This document shows, one piece after another, positions 24,225-36,353 of a stretch of 64,000 bases of DNA. The stretch is taken from the NCBI GenBank assembly GCA_028534125.1, contig CM052816.1, positions 61,878,001 to 61,942,000 of the forward strand. The letters run 5' to 3'. The stretch is from Lama glama. Lineage: Eukaryota. A program made the position numbers and the translations under genes. A model generated the notes under the pieces. That model was not told the origin of the DNA. It worked only from the letters and a program-made list of their open reading frames with translations, and did no database searches. Numbering within the stretch: position 1 is the first letter of the stretch; each line of letters starts with the position of its first letter.

Positions 24225-26097
24225 CTAATCTGTAGAGCACTTCACCCAACCAGGGCAGAATATACATTTTCCTCAAGTGTATATAAAACATTCTTAGGCT
24301 AGACCATATGCTGGGCCATAAAACAAGACTCAATGTAGTTAAGAGAAAAGAACTGAAATCATACAAAGCATGCTTTCTGACCACATGGAATGAAATTAGA
24401 AATCAGTAACAGAGAGAAATTTGGAGAATTTACAAATAAATGGAAATTAAACAGCACATTCCTAAGCAATCACTGGATCAAAGTTGTCCCAGGGAAATCA
24501 AAGTACTTCAAAATTAATGGAAATGAAACCACAACATGCTCAAAACTTACGGAATGTAGCTAAAACAATGCTTAGAGGGAAATTTACAGCCATAAATGAC
24601 CATATTAAAAAAGGAAGATCTCTACTTGATAATATAGAACTGAAAAAAGAAAAGCAAATTAAAACTAAATTGAGCAGAAGGAAGGAAATGATAAAGGCTA
24701 GAGCAGAAGTTAATGAAATAGAGAATATAGAGAAAATTAATCTAACCCAAAAGTTGGTTCTTGAAAAGATCAACAAAATTGACAAACCATTAGCTAGACT
24801 CACCAAGAGAAAAAAACAGAAAAGACTCAAATTATTAAAATCAGAAACACAAAATGGGATATCACTGACTCTACAAAATTAAAAAAAGATTATAAGGGAA
24901 TGCTATAAGCAATTATATGCCACCAAATTAAGTAACCTTGATGAAATGGACAAATTTCTAGAAAGATAAAAAACTACTGAAACTAAAACAAGAAGAAACA
25001 GAAAACCTGAATAGACCTATAACAAGCAAAGAGACTGAATTTGTAATTTTAAAATTTCCCACAAAGAGAAATCCAGGTCTAGATGTTTCATTGGTGAATT
25101 CTTACAAATACTTAAAGCAGAATTAATAATAATTCTTTATAATCAGTTCCTCAAAATAGAGGAGGTAGGAATATTTTCCAACTCATTCTGTGAGGCCAGT
25201 ATTACCTTGACACGAACACCAGACAAAGATATCGCAAGAAAACTACAGACCAAAATCTTTTGTGGCTATAGATTCAAAAATCCTCAACAAAATACTAGCA
25301 AACTGAACCCAGGAACAGATAGAAAGAATTAAAACCATGACCAAGTAAGATTTATCCCAGGAATGCAAAGTTAGTTTAACATCTAAAACCCAATTAATGT
25401 AGTATGTCATATCAATGAGATAAAGGACAAAACCCATATTTTTATCTTAATAAATGCAGAAAAAGCATTTGAAAAACTCAACCCCTTTCATGATAAAACC
25501 ACGTGACAATCTCAAAATAGAAGGGAACATCTTCAATCTGATAGTGTCTACATAAAACCCACAGCTAACATCATACTTAGAGGCAAAAGACTGAATGCCT
25601 TTCCCAAAGGTCAAGAACAAGACTATAATATCTGTTATCACCACTTCTATTCAATAATTATACTGGAGACTTGGCCATTGGAATTAAGAAAGAAAAAGAA
25701 ATAAAACACATCCAAATTGGAGATGACATGATTTTATTAAAAAATCATAAGGAATCTGTAAAAATACTATTAGAATTAATAAACAAGTTCTGCAGGGATG
25801 CAGGATACAATCATAAGCAAAAATCAATTATATTTCTATATATTAGCAATGAATAATTGAAAAATGAAAATAAGGAAAAAAATTCATTTATAATAGAATC
25901 AGAAGGAGATTACTACTTAGCAATAAATTTAACAAATGAAGTACAAGGCTTGTATACTGAAAACTATAAAACATTGTTCAAAGACATAAAGAAGATGTAA
26001 ATAAGTGGGAAAACGTCCCATGTTTATGTACCAGAATACTTCATATCAAGATAGCAATACTCTTCATGTTGATCTATTGATTGAACTCCATCCCCAT
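24225..26097 (+). mobile_element. Degenerate L1 ORF2 (end of endonuclease domain through reverse transcriptase)
   Basis: Track ORF 24484-24882 contains AKTMLRGKFTA and EKINKIDKPLARL. Track ORF 25671-25856 contains DDMIL and LLELINKF. There are many stops and frameshifts. Confidence 0.92.
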
Positions 26098-26099
26098 CA

Positions 26100-26320
26100 G
26101 AAGTGTAGGCTCTGGAGTCAGTCTGCTGGGATTTAAATTCCAGGCCAGTCACCTGCTAGCTGTGTGGCCTGGGGTAATAATTTTTCTAAACCTCAATTTC
26201 CTCATCTGGAAATGCGAGCAATTACAGTACCTATCCCATAAGGATGTTGTGAAGAATAAATGAGATAATAATTATGAAGTGCTTTTACTACTCTGGCACA
26301 CTGTAAGCCTTAAGTAAGCA
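26100..26320 (+). mobile_element. MIR SINE
   Basis: GGCTCTGGAGTCAGTCTGCTGGGATTTAAATTCC...GCTAGCTGTGTGGCCTGGG...CTCAATTTCCTCATCTGGAAAT...GGATGTTGTGAAGAATAAATGAGATAAT. Confidence 0.85.
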
Positions 26321-26899
26321 CAATGATCAGTGTGATACTCATAGCTTAGTAATTTTTTCTTATGTTAGACCATCTAATATATTAAAAATCAGCCAATGAT
26401 TTACTTCCTTTTGTCAGTTGCTAATTGGGAATTATATTTCTGCGGGGGTTCATAAAAGTTAATGTGATAACTTGGAAATAAAAATCACTGGCCTTGGTCT
26501 CTGAATCTCATGTTCAAATTCTATCAGCCAAGTTTGTGTACACACATAATCTCACAGAAGGCTCAGAGAGTGGGCAGGGTATGAGCTTATCATCTGTTCC
26601 ATAGATGAAACAACAGGCTAACTAAAAAAGCTTCTTGACAGTGTTCTCAACTTCCAATGATGTTTGAAATCAATGTTATGTATGTTTGTGATTATTTTAA
26701 CTAAGACTTTCTAATGTGCTTTGGCCATAATAACTTGTTTTGTGTTCCAAACATTTTAAATCTAGATCAATTTTCTTATAGTCACATACATGACAGATGT
26801 GTCTAGAAGACTTCAAAATAAGTGGAGCTTCAAAAAATGATTCTAGATGTACTATTATCTTAAGATTACTATTTCAATAAGGTAATAACTAGAAAGATT

Positions 26900-28030
26900 C
26901 ACTAATACATAAAAGTCCATGAGTCATTAATAATGTTCATAAAAACGAAAGCCAAGACAAACAAAAAACTCATTTACCATCTTTAGAGATGACTATATCT
27001 GTTATTATAAAAATTGGTAATGAAAGGAAAGAAGGATTTATCCTGTTTTTCCAATAGTAACAGTAACTCAAAGTAACCAAAAGCCTCAGCTAAAGAGTAA
27101 AAGCTCTTCTTTATAAAATAACGTAAGCTAATAAATATAGAAGGAATGATAGACAAAGAAAACCATTCTTTTACAACTCCTACAGAAGTAACTAATTCAG
27201 GACAAGAATCACCAATGGATGCGAAAATCTTTACATAAATGTTTTATGGGACACTAGATATTCAGGTGATACCAACCAAAGTACCACCTCATAGGATACC
27301 TGCTAGGAAAAACATAACTATACAATAGAGAAGACTGGCTATAAATATCTGAACTTGATTCATCAATCTTGAATAAGTGAGAGATAACCAGGTATCATAT
27401 GCTCCCTGACGTGACACTGTAGGTAGTTCATAGTATTACTCATCCCTGGAGTATTTAATTGGAACCATACTTTCAGATCTAACTTTTAGTTACCAGAAAA
27501 TACAAAGGATATAGGAACAAAGTTAAAAGATACCATGTAGGGGAAAAAACCTGGCAAATCTAGGTTAATCTATAAGACAAGTGGCCTGGGCTCGTCAGCA
27601 AGTGCATGGTATAAAAAAACCCAGCATGTCAGAGACTAAAGAGACGAACAGTACAGTTCAACACATGAACCATGACTGATTCCTAACGTGTACAGAACAG
27701 CTGTGAAAGATACTTGGGGAACAACTGGGAAAATCTGAGTGTGGACTGGGTATTAGATGATTATTAGGGAATTATTATTAATTTTATTAGACATGAAAAT
27801 GGTATTACTATTACAGTTATATAAGTCCTTTTTTAAAGGGATTCATGTTGAAATTTTAGTGGTAAAACATGACTTCTGTAATTTCTTTCCTGAAGTTTTT
27901 AAAAGCAAATAGGGCAAACTATTAATAATTGTTAAATCTAGGTGACAGGTACATACTTTTTTTTTTTTTTGGTACTACTGCCTCTTACTTTCTAGTGTGC
28001 CTAAATTTTTTTTATAATAAAAAGTTTTAA
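26900..28030 (+). mobile_element. Old L1 3' UTR (L1MC/ME-like)
   Basis: Shares motifs with 5060-5820 (CACCAATGGATGCGAAAAT). Contains GGGAAAATCTGAGTGTGGACTGGGTATTAGATGAT and ends TTTATAATAAAAAGTT. Confidence 0.7.
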
Positions 28031-28865
28031 AAAGATTATTTGAGCTGAGTTGGCCATAGTGGCATGGAGTACAGAAACACAGTGGTGAATATCCTATGGG
28101 GCTGTGCCAGTACCCACAGTGGCAAATACATAGCAGTGATGTTGCCAGAAGGAGCAGTCTGCTGGAGGAACTGAGGCTGTGCCTTGCATCCTGCCTCAGC
28201 CTGGCTCTCCAGCCTTCCTATCAATTCTATCAGTTTGCTGATACCTTTCTGGTATGTTCATTTGTGACTTAAATTAACCAAAAGGGTTTCTGTTATATGC
28301 CTCCAAGAACTTAAAATAATACCCCAAACCTACTTGACGTCTTGTACTCTGTGCACTACACATAAAACATTCCCCTAAGATAAATTTTTAAACCTTCCTA
28401 CCAAGAGACATAGGATATTACAAGACATTATCTAATAATATTGGAAGACACTGTATTAAAATCATTATGATTTTAGACTTCAAATAGCATGATACTGAAC
28501 ATTCTTCTGGAAAGTAATGAGAGTGATACTTTAATTACCTAAATTCTTATAGAGATGCAAATGCTGCACTGAGGTGTAATATCAGGCAGCACAATGGCAA
28601 CTGGAATCTGGTATCATCTCTGCTGCTACATTATGCACATAGAAGCACCTCTATTCAAGGAGAGCCATGTAAAAAAAAGTCACCTATTCAAGTGCCTCCA
28701 TTTTTATAACCATATTCACATATTAAAGGTAAATATGGCAAAATACAATAATTCATACAAATAATAATAGAAAAAGCATATCCCTAAAATGTCCTTGACT
28801 TTTAAATCTTAAGTACCAAGTACCTGATATGAATTCAGAAGTGTGCTAAGCACTTTTAGTTAAAC

Positions 28866-29347
28866 TGTTACATTGGTGACTTCCAGTAAACCATGACTCC
28901 TGGTATTCACACCCTTGTGTAGTCCCCTTCCACACTGATTCTGGAACTAACCATGAGATTTACTCTGGCCAATAAGACACTAGAAAATGTGATATGAGAG
29001 GCTTGATAATTACTAGAACATTATGGTTGTATTCTGGAATATGCCCTCTTGGAACCTGAGACCACCATGTTGTGAGATAACCCAAGCTAGCATGTGGAGA
29101 GGTCAAACATGGAGGAGAACTGAGGAACTGGTCTGAAAGGCAGAATCAAGGCCTCAGACACATGGCTCCAAACTGAGCCATCCCAAGCAGTCTCTAGCCA
29201 ACTGAGCAACTCTAACAAGGGCCCCAGATCTAGTAGAACAGAATGAACCATCCCCTTTGTACAAGTGCCTGACGCATAGAATTACAGTTTCTTATTTTAG
29301 TCACTAAGTTTTAGGGTGATTTCTCTTAGCAATAGATAACTGAAACA
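28866..29347 (+). mobile_element. MaLR solo LTR (MLT1G/H-like)
   Basis: CTCCTGGTATTCACACCCTTGTGTAGTCCCCTTCCACACTGA near the start; terminus CACTAAGTTTTAGGGTGATTTCTCTTAGCAATAGATAACTGAAACA. Confidence 0.8.
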
Positions 29348-30054
29348 GGACTACACCATGGTGCATAGTCATTTACATACTGGTAACATACCAAGAGTTC
29401 TTGTAAGTTAGCAACTAATGTTATCTTTTGAAAAAATTTACCATTGTTAATCATTCCAAATGATGCCTACAAAAAGCTGTATCAAAGTATTTGAAGTCAA
29501 GAGGAAATACAAATGATTACATTACAACAGTTTAAAACACACTGTAATATATGTAAAATACTCACTGAAAAATTTGATGGGATTGATGCTGTTAATATTA
29601 ACATTAAAACCCAAAAGACCCCAATGAGATTCCTGTGTTGAACATACTCATCATAAAACAGTCAAAATGACCAAAGATAAAGAATGAAAATCTAGCCTGA
29701 AAATCAGGAGTCTGGACTAGCACTTCAGCCTTATCTAATGACATCTATCTAATGACATCTTTAAAATCGCATGCAGGACCATGCGTGGGGTGATGGAGGC
29801 ACTCAGCCCCAACAGCCAGGGCAGGCAAAAGCTCTATTTTAGACAGATTTTTGATGCTTTATTTACCATAAACGTTAATGACTTTTGTATTTTCTTCACA
29901 TTGAGGAATTAAATATATTCTAAAATCTGATATTATCATATTAATTTGTGATTCTTCTATACATAATATTTTAATTTATTTAAATATCAACAAATGAATA
30001 AAACTGTTAAAATGGGACTACTTGTTAGGGTTAAGAGTGTAATGGTAGGGTAAG

Positions 30055-30420
30055 TATAGCACAGCAGTTAAATGCATGGTTATCTTAAGTGAGACCATCT
30101 GGGCTGGAATATTGCTCTGGTACTTTTTAGCTTTTGATCATGGCTCCTCAACTCAAAAATGGGTCTAGCACAGACAACTATATTCAGTATCTTGCAGTAA
30201 TAATGAAAAAGAATATGAAAAGGAACATATATACGTGTATGTATGACTGAAACACTATGCTGTATACCAGAAATTGACACAACATTGTAAACTTACTATA
30301 CTTCAAATAAAAAAAATAATAGGTCTAATCATAGTAACTACTTTGTAGGGCTGTTGAGAGGGTTTAATGAATTAATATAGAAGAATGCATACATAAGATG
30401 TGCCAAATAAACACTTGTTA
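30055..30420 (+). mobile_element. MIR interrupted by a short artiodactyl/camelid-type L1 3' end (about 30168-30315)
   Basis: MIR halves flank AGCACAGACAACTATATTCAGTATCTTG...GAAATTGACACAACATTGTAAACTTACTATACTTCAAATAAAAAAA. Imperfect TSD AATGGGTCTA / AATAGGTCTA. Confidence 0.8.
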
Positions 30421-30544
30421 TCATTACATTTCAATTTTTCCAACAGTCAAATGCAGACACTAGTTTTAAAAGTGAAAATTAAATGAACAATCACATTTCA
30501 AACCTTCACTGGAAAAGGTCTCACTAAGAAAGATAAAATCCACA

Positions 30545-31090
30545 ATTTTCAGGGAAACAAAATAAAACTACTATGAAATAACACCCACCCGACTGACTAA
30601 TATTAAAAAAAAAAAAAAAAGGCTGAGAAAACCTAATTTTAGCAAGGAGCAACAAACCTGGAACTCAAACACCAATCACTGGCAGGAGTGACAAGCAATT
30701 TCACAGTTTTCTATCAAGTTAGGCATACATGTACCCTGTGTCCCATCATGCCTATGGTGTTCATCAAAGAGAAAAGAAAGCATTTATCCCCCAAAAGACT
30801 TATACATGTATTTTCATAACAGCTCTATTCAGAAAGTCCAAGAAACTAGAAGTAATCCAAATGAAAATAATTAACATTTTTTTCATGTATTTACTGGTCA
30901 CCTATTTGTCTTCGAGTGAAATCTCTGCTCAAGTCCTTTCCTCATTTAAAAAACTGTCTTCTTATGGTAAGATTCTAAATACAAGTCTTTAACATGTTGC
31001 AAACATTTCTTCAAATCTGTGGTCACCTATTCATTTTTTTTTTAACAATGTCTTTTGATATGTAGAAATTTTTAGTTTTGTGGAAGTCTT
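30545..31090. mobile_element. Old L1 ORF2 3' region in two oppositely oriented pieces (+ 30545-30863; - 30873-31090)
   Basis: The + piece runs CAGGGAAACAAAATAAAACTACTATGAAATA...AACTAGAAGTAATCCAAATG. The - piece starts AACATTTTTTTCATGTATTTACTGGTCACC. Confidence 0.7.
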
Positions 31091-34000
31091 TGCTATCCCT
31101 TTAAAGTGCAACTGATACTGACATGATGAAAAGTGCAATCACAATTCTAATAATCATTTATTAAATCCAGAAGAAAACATAATGAGGCACAAGATGAGTT
31201 TTCAATAGGAGACCTAGATCTGTCATTGACTTAACCAGGATTTCTTCCTCTGCTTTGATATATCTGATCTAAGTAGCTTTCCATTTTTAAGTCTCTTTTT
31301 TTTTCTTGACTTATTAAGGCCATTTTGAATGATTCCCTGACTTCTATTATTTTAGCAATGCTACCTTATTTATGCAAATATATTGAAAATTACCTTGACT
31401 CCTTCTTTCAAAGTTAACAAACTGGGTACTCACATGGAACAGGCACTTAATATACCCTCCAGATTGCCAAAAGCTGCCAACAGGTCCTCTGTTGGTGTGA
31501 TCCTTAAATTACCTAACAGTAGGTCCCTGTAAAGGGTTCCACTTTTGTAGGCATTGTATTGTTGAATTTCTTGAATCTGGTAGCCATCAGGTGAAATCCT
31601 GACTGATCATATCCTGCCCACACACAGGCATCTGTCTTTGTCTTTTTTTGGACAGTGGTAGAATATCAGTCAGTGAGTAAATGGGGTGAAAAAAGAAGCA
31701 GTCTTTACTAGGCAGGGATGAATGAACTAAATACTGAAATTTGGACTGCTAATAAACGGTGCTGCCTAGACTTACTTCTTTAAAACTGCAAACCCAGCTG
31801 TTAACTTACTCAAAACTTAAATCAAGTGAGAACTTACAATGTCTCTAAACTGTTATCTTCTCAGACAGATCGGCCTGGAAAATGCACGGTCAACCGACAC
31901 TTTTCTCTTTGCTACTAAAATATGACTATTTTAATAGGCTTTTACACATTTACAGATTTTTATCAACATACTTATATTTTCAACCTGGACTAGTTACATC
32001 AGTTAGCAGCATCTGGTACATCACAAAGTGCTATTGTATGGAGATCATTTACAGAAATAATAAAACTCAGTGCAGATTTGATTTTCAGAATTATAAAAAA
32101 TGAGGTTTATTATAGAGAAAGTCTGTGACAAGATAACTAAGAATAAGCCAATTTCTACTGCCTCCAAATACCCCTTCAAATGCTTATCTTTAACTCAATG
32201 TCTACCCCTTAAAACTACCAGTGACTTAATATAATCTTCTTTTCTTCTAATGAGCATATCCCTGAATAATCCAAGCCCCTAACTTCTCCCAGAATTACTT
32301 TTTGTAACTAGAGTAATAACAGAACCTCACAAATTTCTCACCCCAAATGTTTGTTTTGTTTCAGCAAAAACAAAAGCTTGCTAAAAAGCTAAACTATTAA
32401 ACGTTCAAATTAAAATCTAGGAAACTCTCATGCATATATACCCTAAATTTCTTTAAGGCAAGTATGAAAGTGGCAATAACAGCTCTTAAAACAAGCATAG
32501 GAGACAGTTTTGAGAGAAAGTAAAAAGCTAACTCTGTAAATTCTACAGTAATGCTTTATAGTATTTCTTACAGTTATGAAAACTGTTTTCATTTGCTTTT
32601 GAAGATACACTCCAAAAAAGCTTTAATTAAAGCATAAATATGTTAGCATGAAAAAAGCTAAAATAATTAGAACAAATCAATTATGTCTGTAAATACTGAT
32701 TTTAGGTGGTGTGTGCAAGTAATATAATTGCCCATCAAAGGACCATTTTCTGCTTTTTTAAGAGAATGAGAAATAATCTGCTAAAAAATTATTAACATTG
32801 GAGACTGCAGTCATCTTAAAAAAAAACTACAAAATCTGCATCCAAAAAGAATAATCAGTAAGCTTTTGGACTAAAGGGGATGGTGATGTTAATAATAATT
32901 TTCCCTAAGCCAAGCTTCCTCCTGATAGCTGATTTTATGTTTGACCTGTTCATTTTATGGATTTCTTACAAATAGCCATTTTCTTTCTTTGCTTACCCCT
33001 TGAGGGCCTAAAACAAGACTGCATTAAATCAGGAAAGAATTTTCTTCTATAAAAGCAAGTGTGAGGGAAAATGTCTGAATAAAAAAGGTTCCTCCCATGT
33101 GATCAACCTGAGAGTTATTCATATTTCCAAATCCTCCTCTGTCTTGTCCTATTAAGCAAAGAGGAGAACCTGAAGAAGCTCACTGAAGAATCTATATTCA
33201 ACCAAGTATTATTTGTGAAACGGTCATGCTGGAACGTTACTTAAGTAGGCACATTATTATCACATTATCCCCAAGAGCTCATTGTGTAGGCTTGCTTTGG
33301 TTATTATTCAATAAGCATTTATCCCTATGAGGCTAAAAGATGTCCTACTTGTTTGAGCCCCATACTACTTGGTTTTGATTCATAAATAGAGTACAACTAT
33401 ACCTTACACACTTCTCACATGCTCTCAAAGAAGCAATAAATTAATTGGAAAGTCCTCATTTTAAACACAGAACAGAGCCCTGCTCTGTCAACATTACCTA
33501 CATAATAAGGTGAAACAGCTGTAAAAGAACCTGTTTATTACACCAACATGTTCAGAGAAAGATATGTATCTTCTAGCTGCAAACACAAAAGTCTCCGAGA
33601 ATGCTAATTTCACTCATTACCAACAAAGTACTACTTAAAACATTCTTCTGCAATAATTACTTAGGAGTGAAAACTTTCTGCTTTTTTACTTACTTATTTA
33701 TTTCCAAATAATTTTTTTTCAAATATGACAACAACAACAAATCTCTTTTTCAGAAGGCCAACAATTGCTAATTGTTACACCATTAATACTGAGGTTACCA
33801 AGCATTTATTCAAGATAGCAAAAGTTTAAACACGACCACACTAACTATAAACTTGGCTCAGGGTACCGGTGATCTCATGTCAGCCTGTACGCACTGCAGG
33901 GGAGGAAAGAAGGGAAAAACTAAACACCACAACTCTAGATGTAGTAAATTCAATTCTTTTCTTGACGAGACTCTTTTTTTAATCAAAAAAAAAAAAAAAA

Positions 34001-34462
34001 AAAAAAAACAAACCCAAAACCTTAATTCCTAGGTACACTGAATCATTTTCTTGCAGAGGAATCAGTATGTTTGCCTTTCACAAGTGTTATTTAAAAACTA
34101 CTGAAATCGAAGAGAGAAGCAGAATATTGAAGCCACAGATAGTTTATGACCCTAAGCTAGAATGTGTATGGGTACATATAAGAATAACACATAAAAGTCA
34201 GCATCAGTGCTGGAAATTGGAATATTAATAGAGTAATAGCTGTAAGAAGATCTATTTTTAAGATGCGTCTTCTTTATTTTATCCTAAAGCACAGAACAGT
34301 GACTCTATTAATAATCTTTATCCAAAATCAACTTTATAAAGCAAACAGTTTATGAAAATATAAAGTTTTAGTACCTCTCCAGCATGAGCTTTTAGAAAGC
34401 AGCTGCTCTATGTAGGGCACCACACAACACACTGTCTACTGAGTTAAAATTATGTCAGTTCT

Positions 34463-35195
34463 CTTCACACCCATTAGGATGGCTACCATCAAAAAAGCCA
34501 AACAAACAGAAAATAACAAGTGTTGGCAAGGATGTAGAGAAATCAAAACGCTTGTGCACTGCTGGTGGGAATGTAAAATGATTTAGCACTATGGAGAACA
34601 GTATGGCAGCACTTCAAAAAATTAAAAGTAGAATTACTTTATGACCCAGCAATCCCCTTTGTGGGTATATACCCAAAAGAATTGACAGCAAGATCTGAAG
34701 GAGATACTTGCACACTCATGCTCATAGCAGCATTATTCACAACAGCTAAAATGTGGAAGCAACTCAGGTGTCCACTGATGGATGAATGGATAAACAAAAT
34801 GTGGTACATAAATACAATGGGATGTTATTCAGTCTTTAAAAAGAAAGGAAGTCTGATACATGTAACATACATGAACCCTGAGGACACTATGCTAAATGAA
34901 ATAAGCGAGTCACAAAAAGAAAACTATTCTATGATTCTACTTTCATGAGGTATCTAGAGTAGCCAAATTCACAGAAACAGAAAGTAGAATTATGGCTGCC
35001 AGGAGCTTAGGGAAAGGGAAAGTGGGGAACTGTTTAATGGGCATATACTTTCAGTTTTGCAAAATAAAAAAGTTCTGGAGATTAGTTCTACAATATGAAT
35101 ATACTTGACACTACTGAATTGTACATTTTAAATGGTTAGGATGGTAAATTTTATGTCATCTATGTTTTACCACATTTAAAAATTTAAAAAATTAA
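34463..35195 (+). mobile_element. L1 (L1MA/MB-like) end of ORF2 plus 3' UTR
   Basis: Track ORF 34661-34948 (GIYPKE...[28 protein letters not shown]) matches the L1 ORF2 C-terminus, followed by a 3' UTR ending TTTTACCACATTTAAAAA. Confidence 0.9.
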
Positions 35196-35281
35196 AAAGT
35201 GAATTCCAAAGGAAGGGGGCAGATATGTTAATATTTTGCATAAGACAGTGTTCAATAAATATTAAGTCAATTAACTTCTTT

Positions 35282-36353
35282 TTTAATGAAGTATAGTTGA
35301 TTTATAATGTGTTAGTTTCTGCTGTACAGCATAGTGATTCAGTTATACATATATTCTTTTTCATATTTTTTCATTATATGTTATTACAAGCTACTGAATA
35401 TAGTTCCCTGCCCTATACAGTAGGAATGTGTTTATCTACTTTATATATAGTAGTTTGTATCTGCTAGTCCCAAATGCCTAATTTATCCCTCCCCACCTTT
35501 CCCCTTTGGTAACCATAAGTTTGTTTTCTGTCTGTGAGTCTGTTTTGTAAATAAGTTCATTTGTGTCTTTTTTTTTTTTAAATATATTCAGTATTTTTCT
35601 TTCTCTTTCTGGCTTACTTCACATAGACTGACGATCTCCAGGTCCAACCATGTTGCTGCAAATGGCATTATTTTATTATTTTTTCTTTTATGGCTGAGTA
35701 GTATTCCATTGTATAAAGATACAATTTCTTTATCCAGTCATTGGTCAATGGACATTTAGGTTGCTTTCATGTCTTGGCTATTGTAAATAGTGTTGCTATG
35801 AACACTGGCATGACTATCTTTTTGAATTAAGAGTTTTCTCTGGATATATGCCCAGGAGTGGGGCTGCTGGATCATAGGATAACTCTATTTTTAGTTTTTT
35901 AAGGAATCTCCATACTGGTTCCCACAATGGTCTCAGCAAATTACATTCCCACCAACAGTGTAGGAGGGTTCCCTTTTCTCCACACCCTCTTCAGCTTTTA
36001 CTGTTTGTGGATTTTTTAATGATGGCCAATCTGACCGGTGTGAGGTGATACCTCATTGTAGTTTCGATTTGCATTTCTCTGATAATTAGTGATACTGAAC
36101 ACATTTTCATGTGCCTATTGGCCACCTGTATGTCTTCATTGGAGAAATGTCTATTAAGGTCTTCTGCCCAGTTTTGATTGGGTTGTTTGTTTTTTTGTTA
36201 TTGAGTTGTATGAGCTGTTTGTATATTCTGGAAGTTAGGCCCTTGTAAGTCACATCATTTGCAAATATTTCTCCCATTCTGTAGATTGTTTTTTCATTTG
36301 GTTTTGGTTTCCTTTGATGTACAAAAGCTTCTAAGTTTAGTTAGGTCCCATTT
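35282..36353 (-). mobile_element. 5'-truncated artiodactyl/camelid-type L1 (about 1.07 kb) with perfect 16-bp TSD
   Basis: L1 3' UTR and ORF2 end in reverse orientation (GGTGTGAGGTGATACCTCATTGTAGTTTCGATTTGCATTTCTCTG). TSD GTCAATTAACTTCTTT at 35266-35281 and 36354-36369. Confidence 0.92.

Noticed and set aside
24484..24882. L1 ORF2-like ORFs (also 34661-34948 and 53200-53490) as functional genes
   Set aside because: Short open stretches in stop- and frameshift-riddled L1 relics.
31390..31700. Exon-like unique stretch with a CAT|GTGAGT donor and a 7-bp hairpin
   Set aside because: No convincing acceptor and reading-frame pair and no recognisable peptide. It could be conserved non-coding DNA, but I have no direct support.
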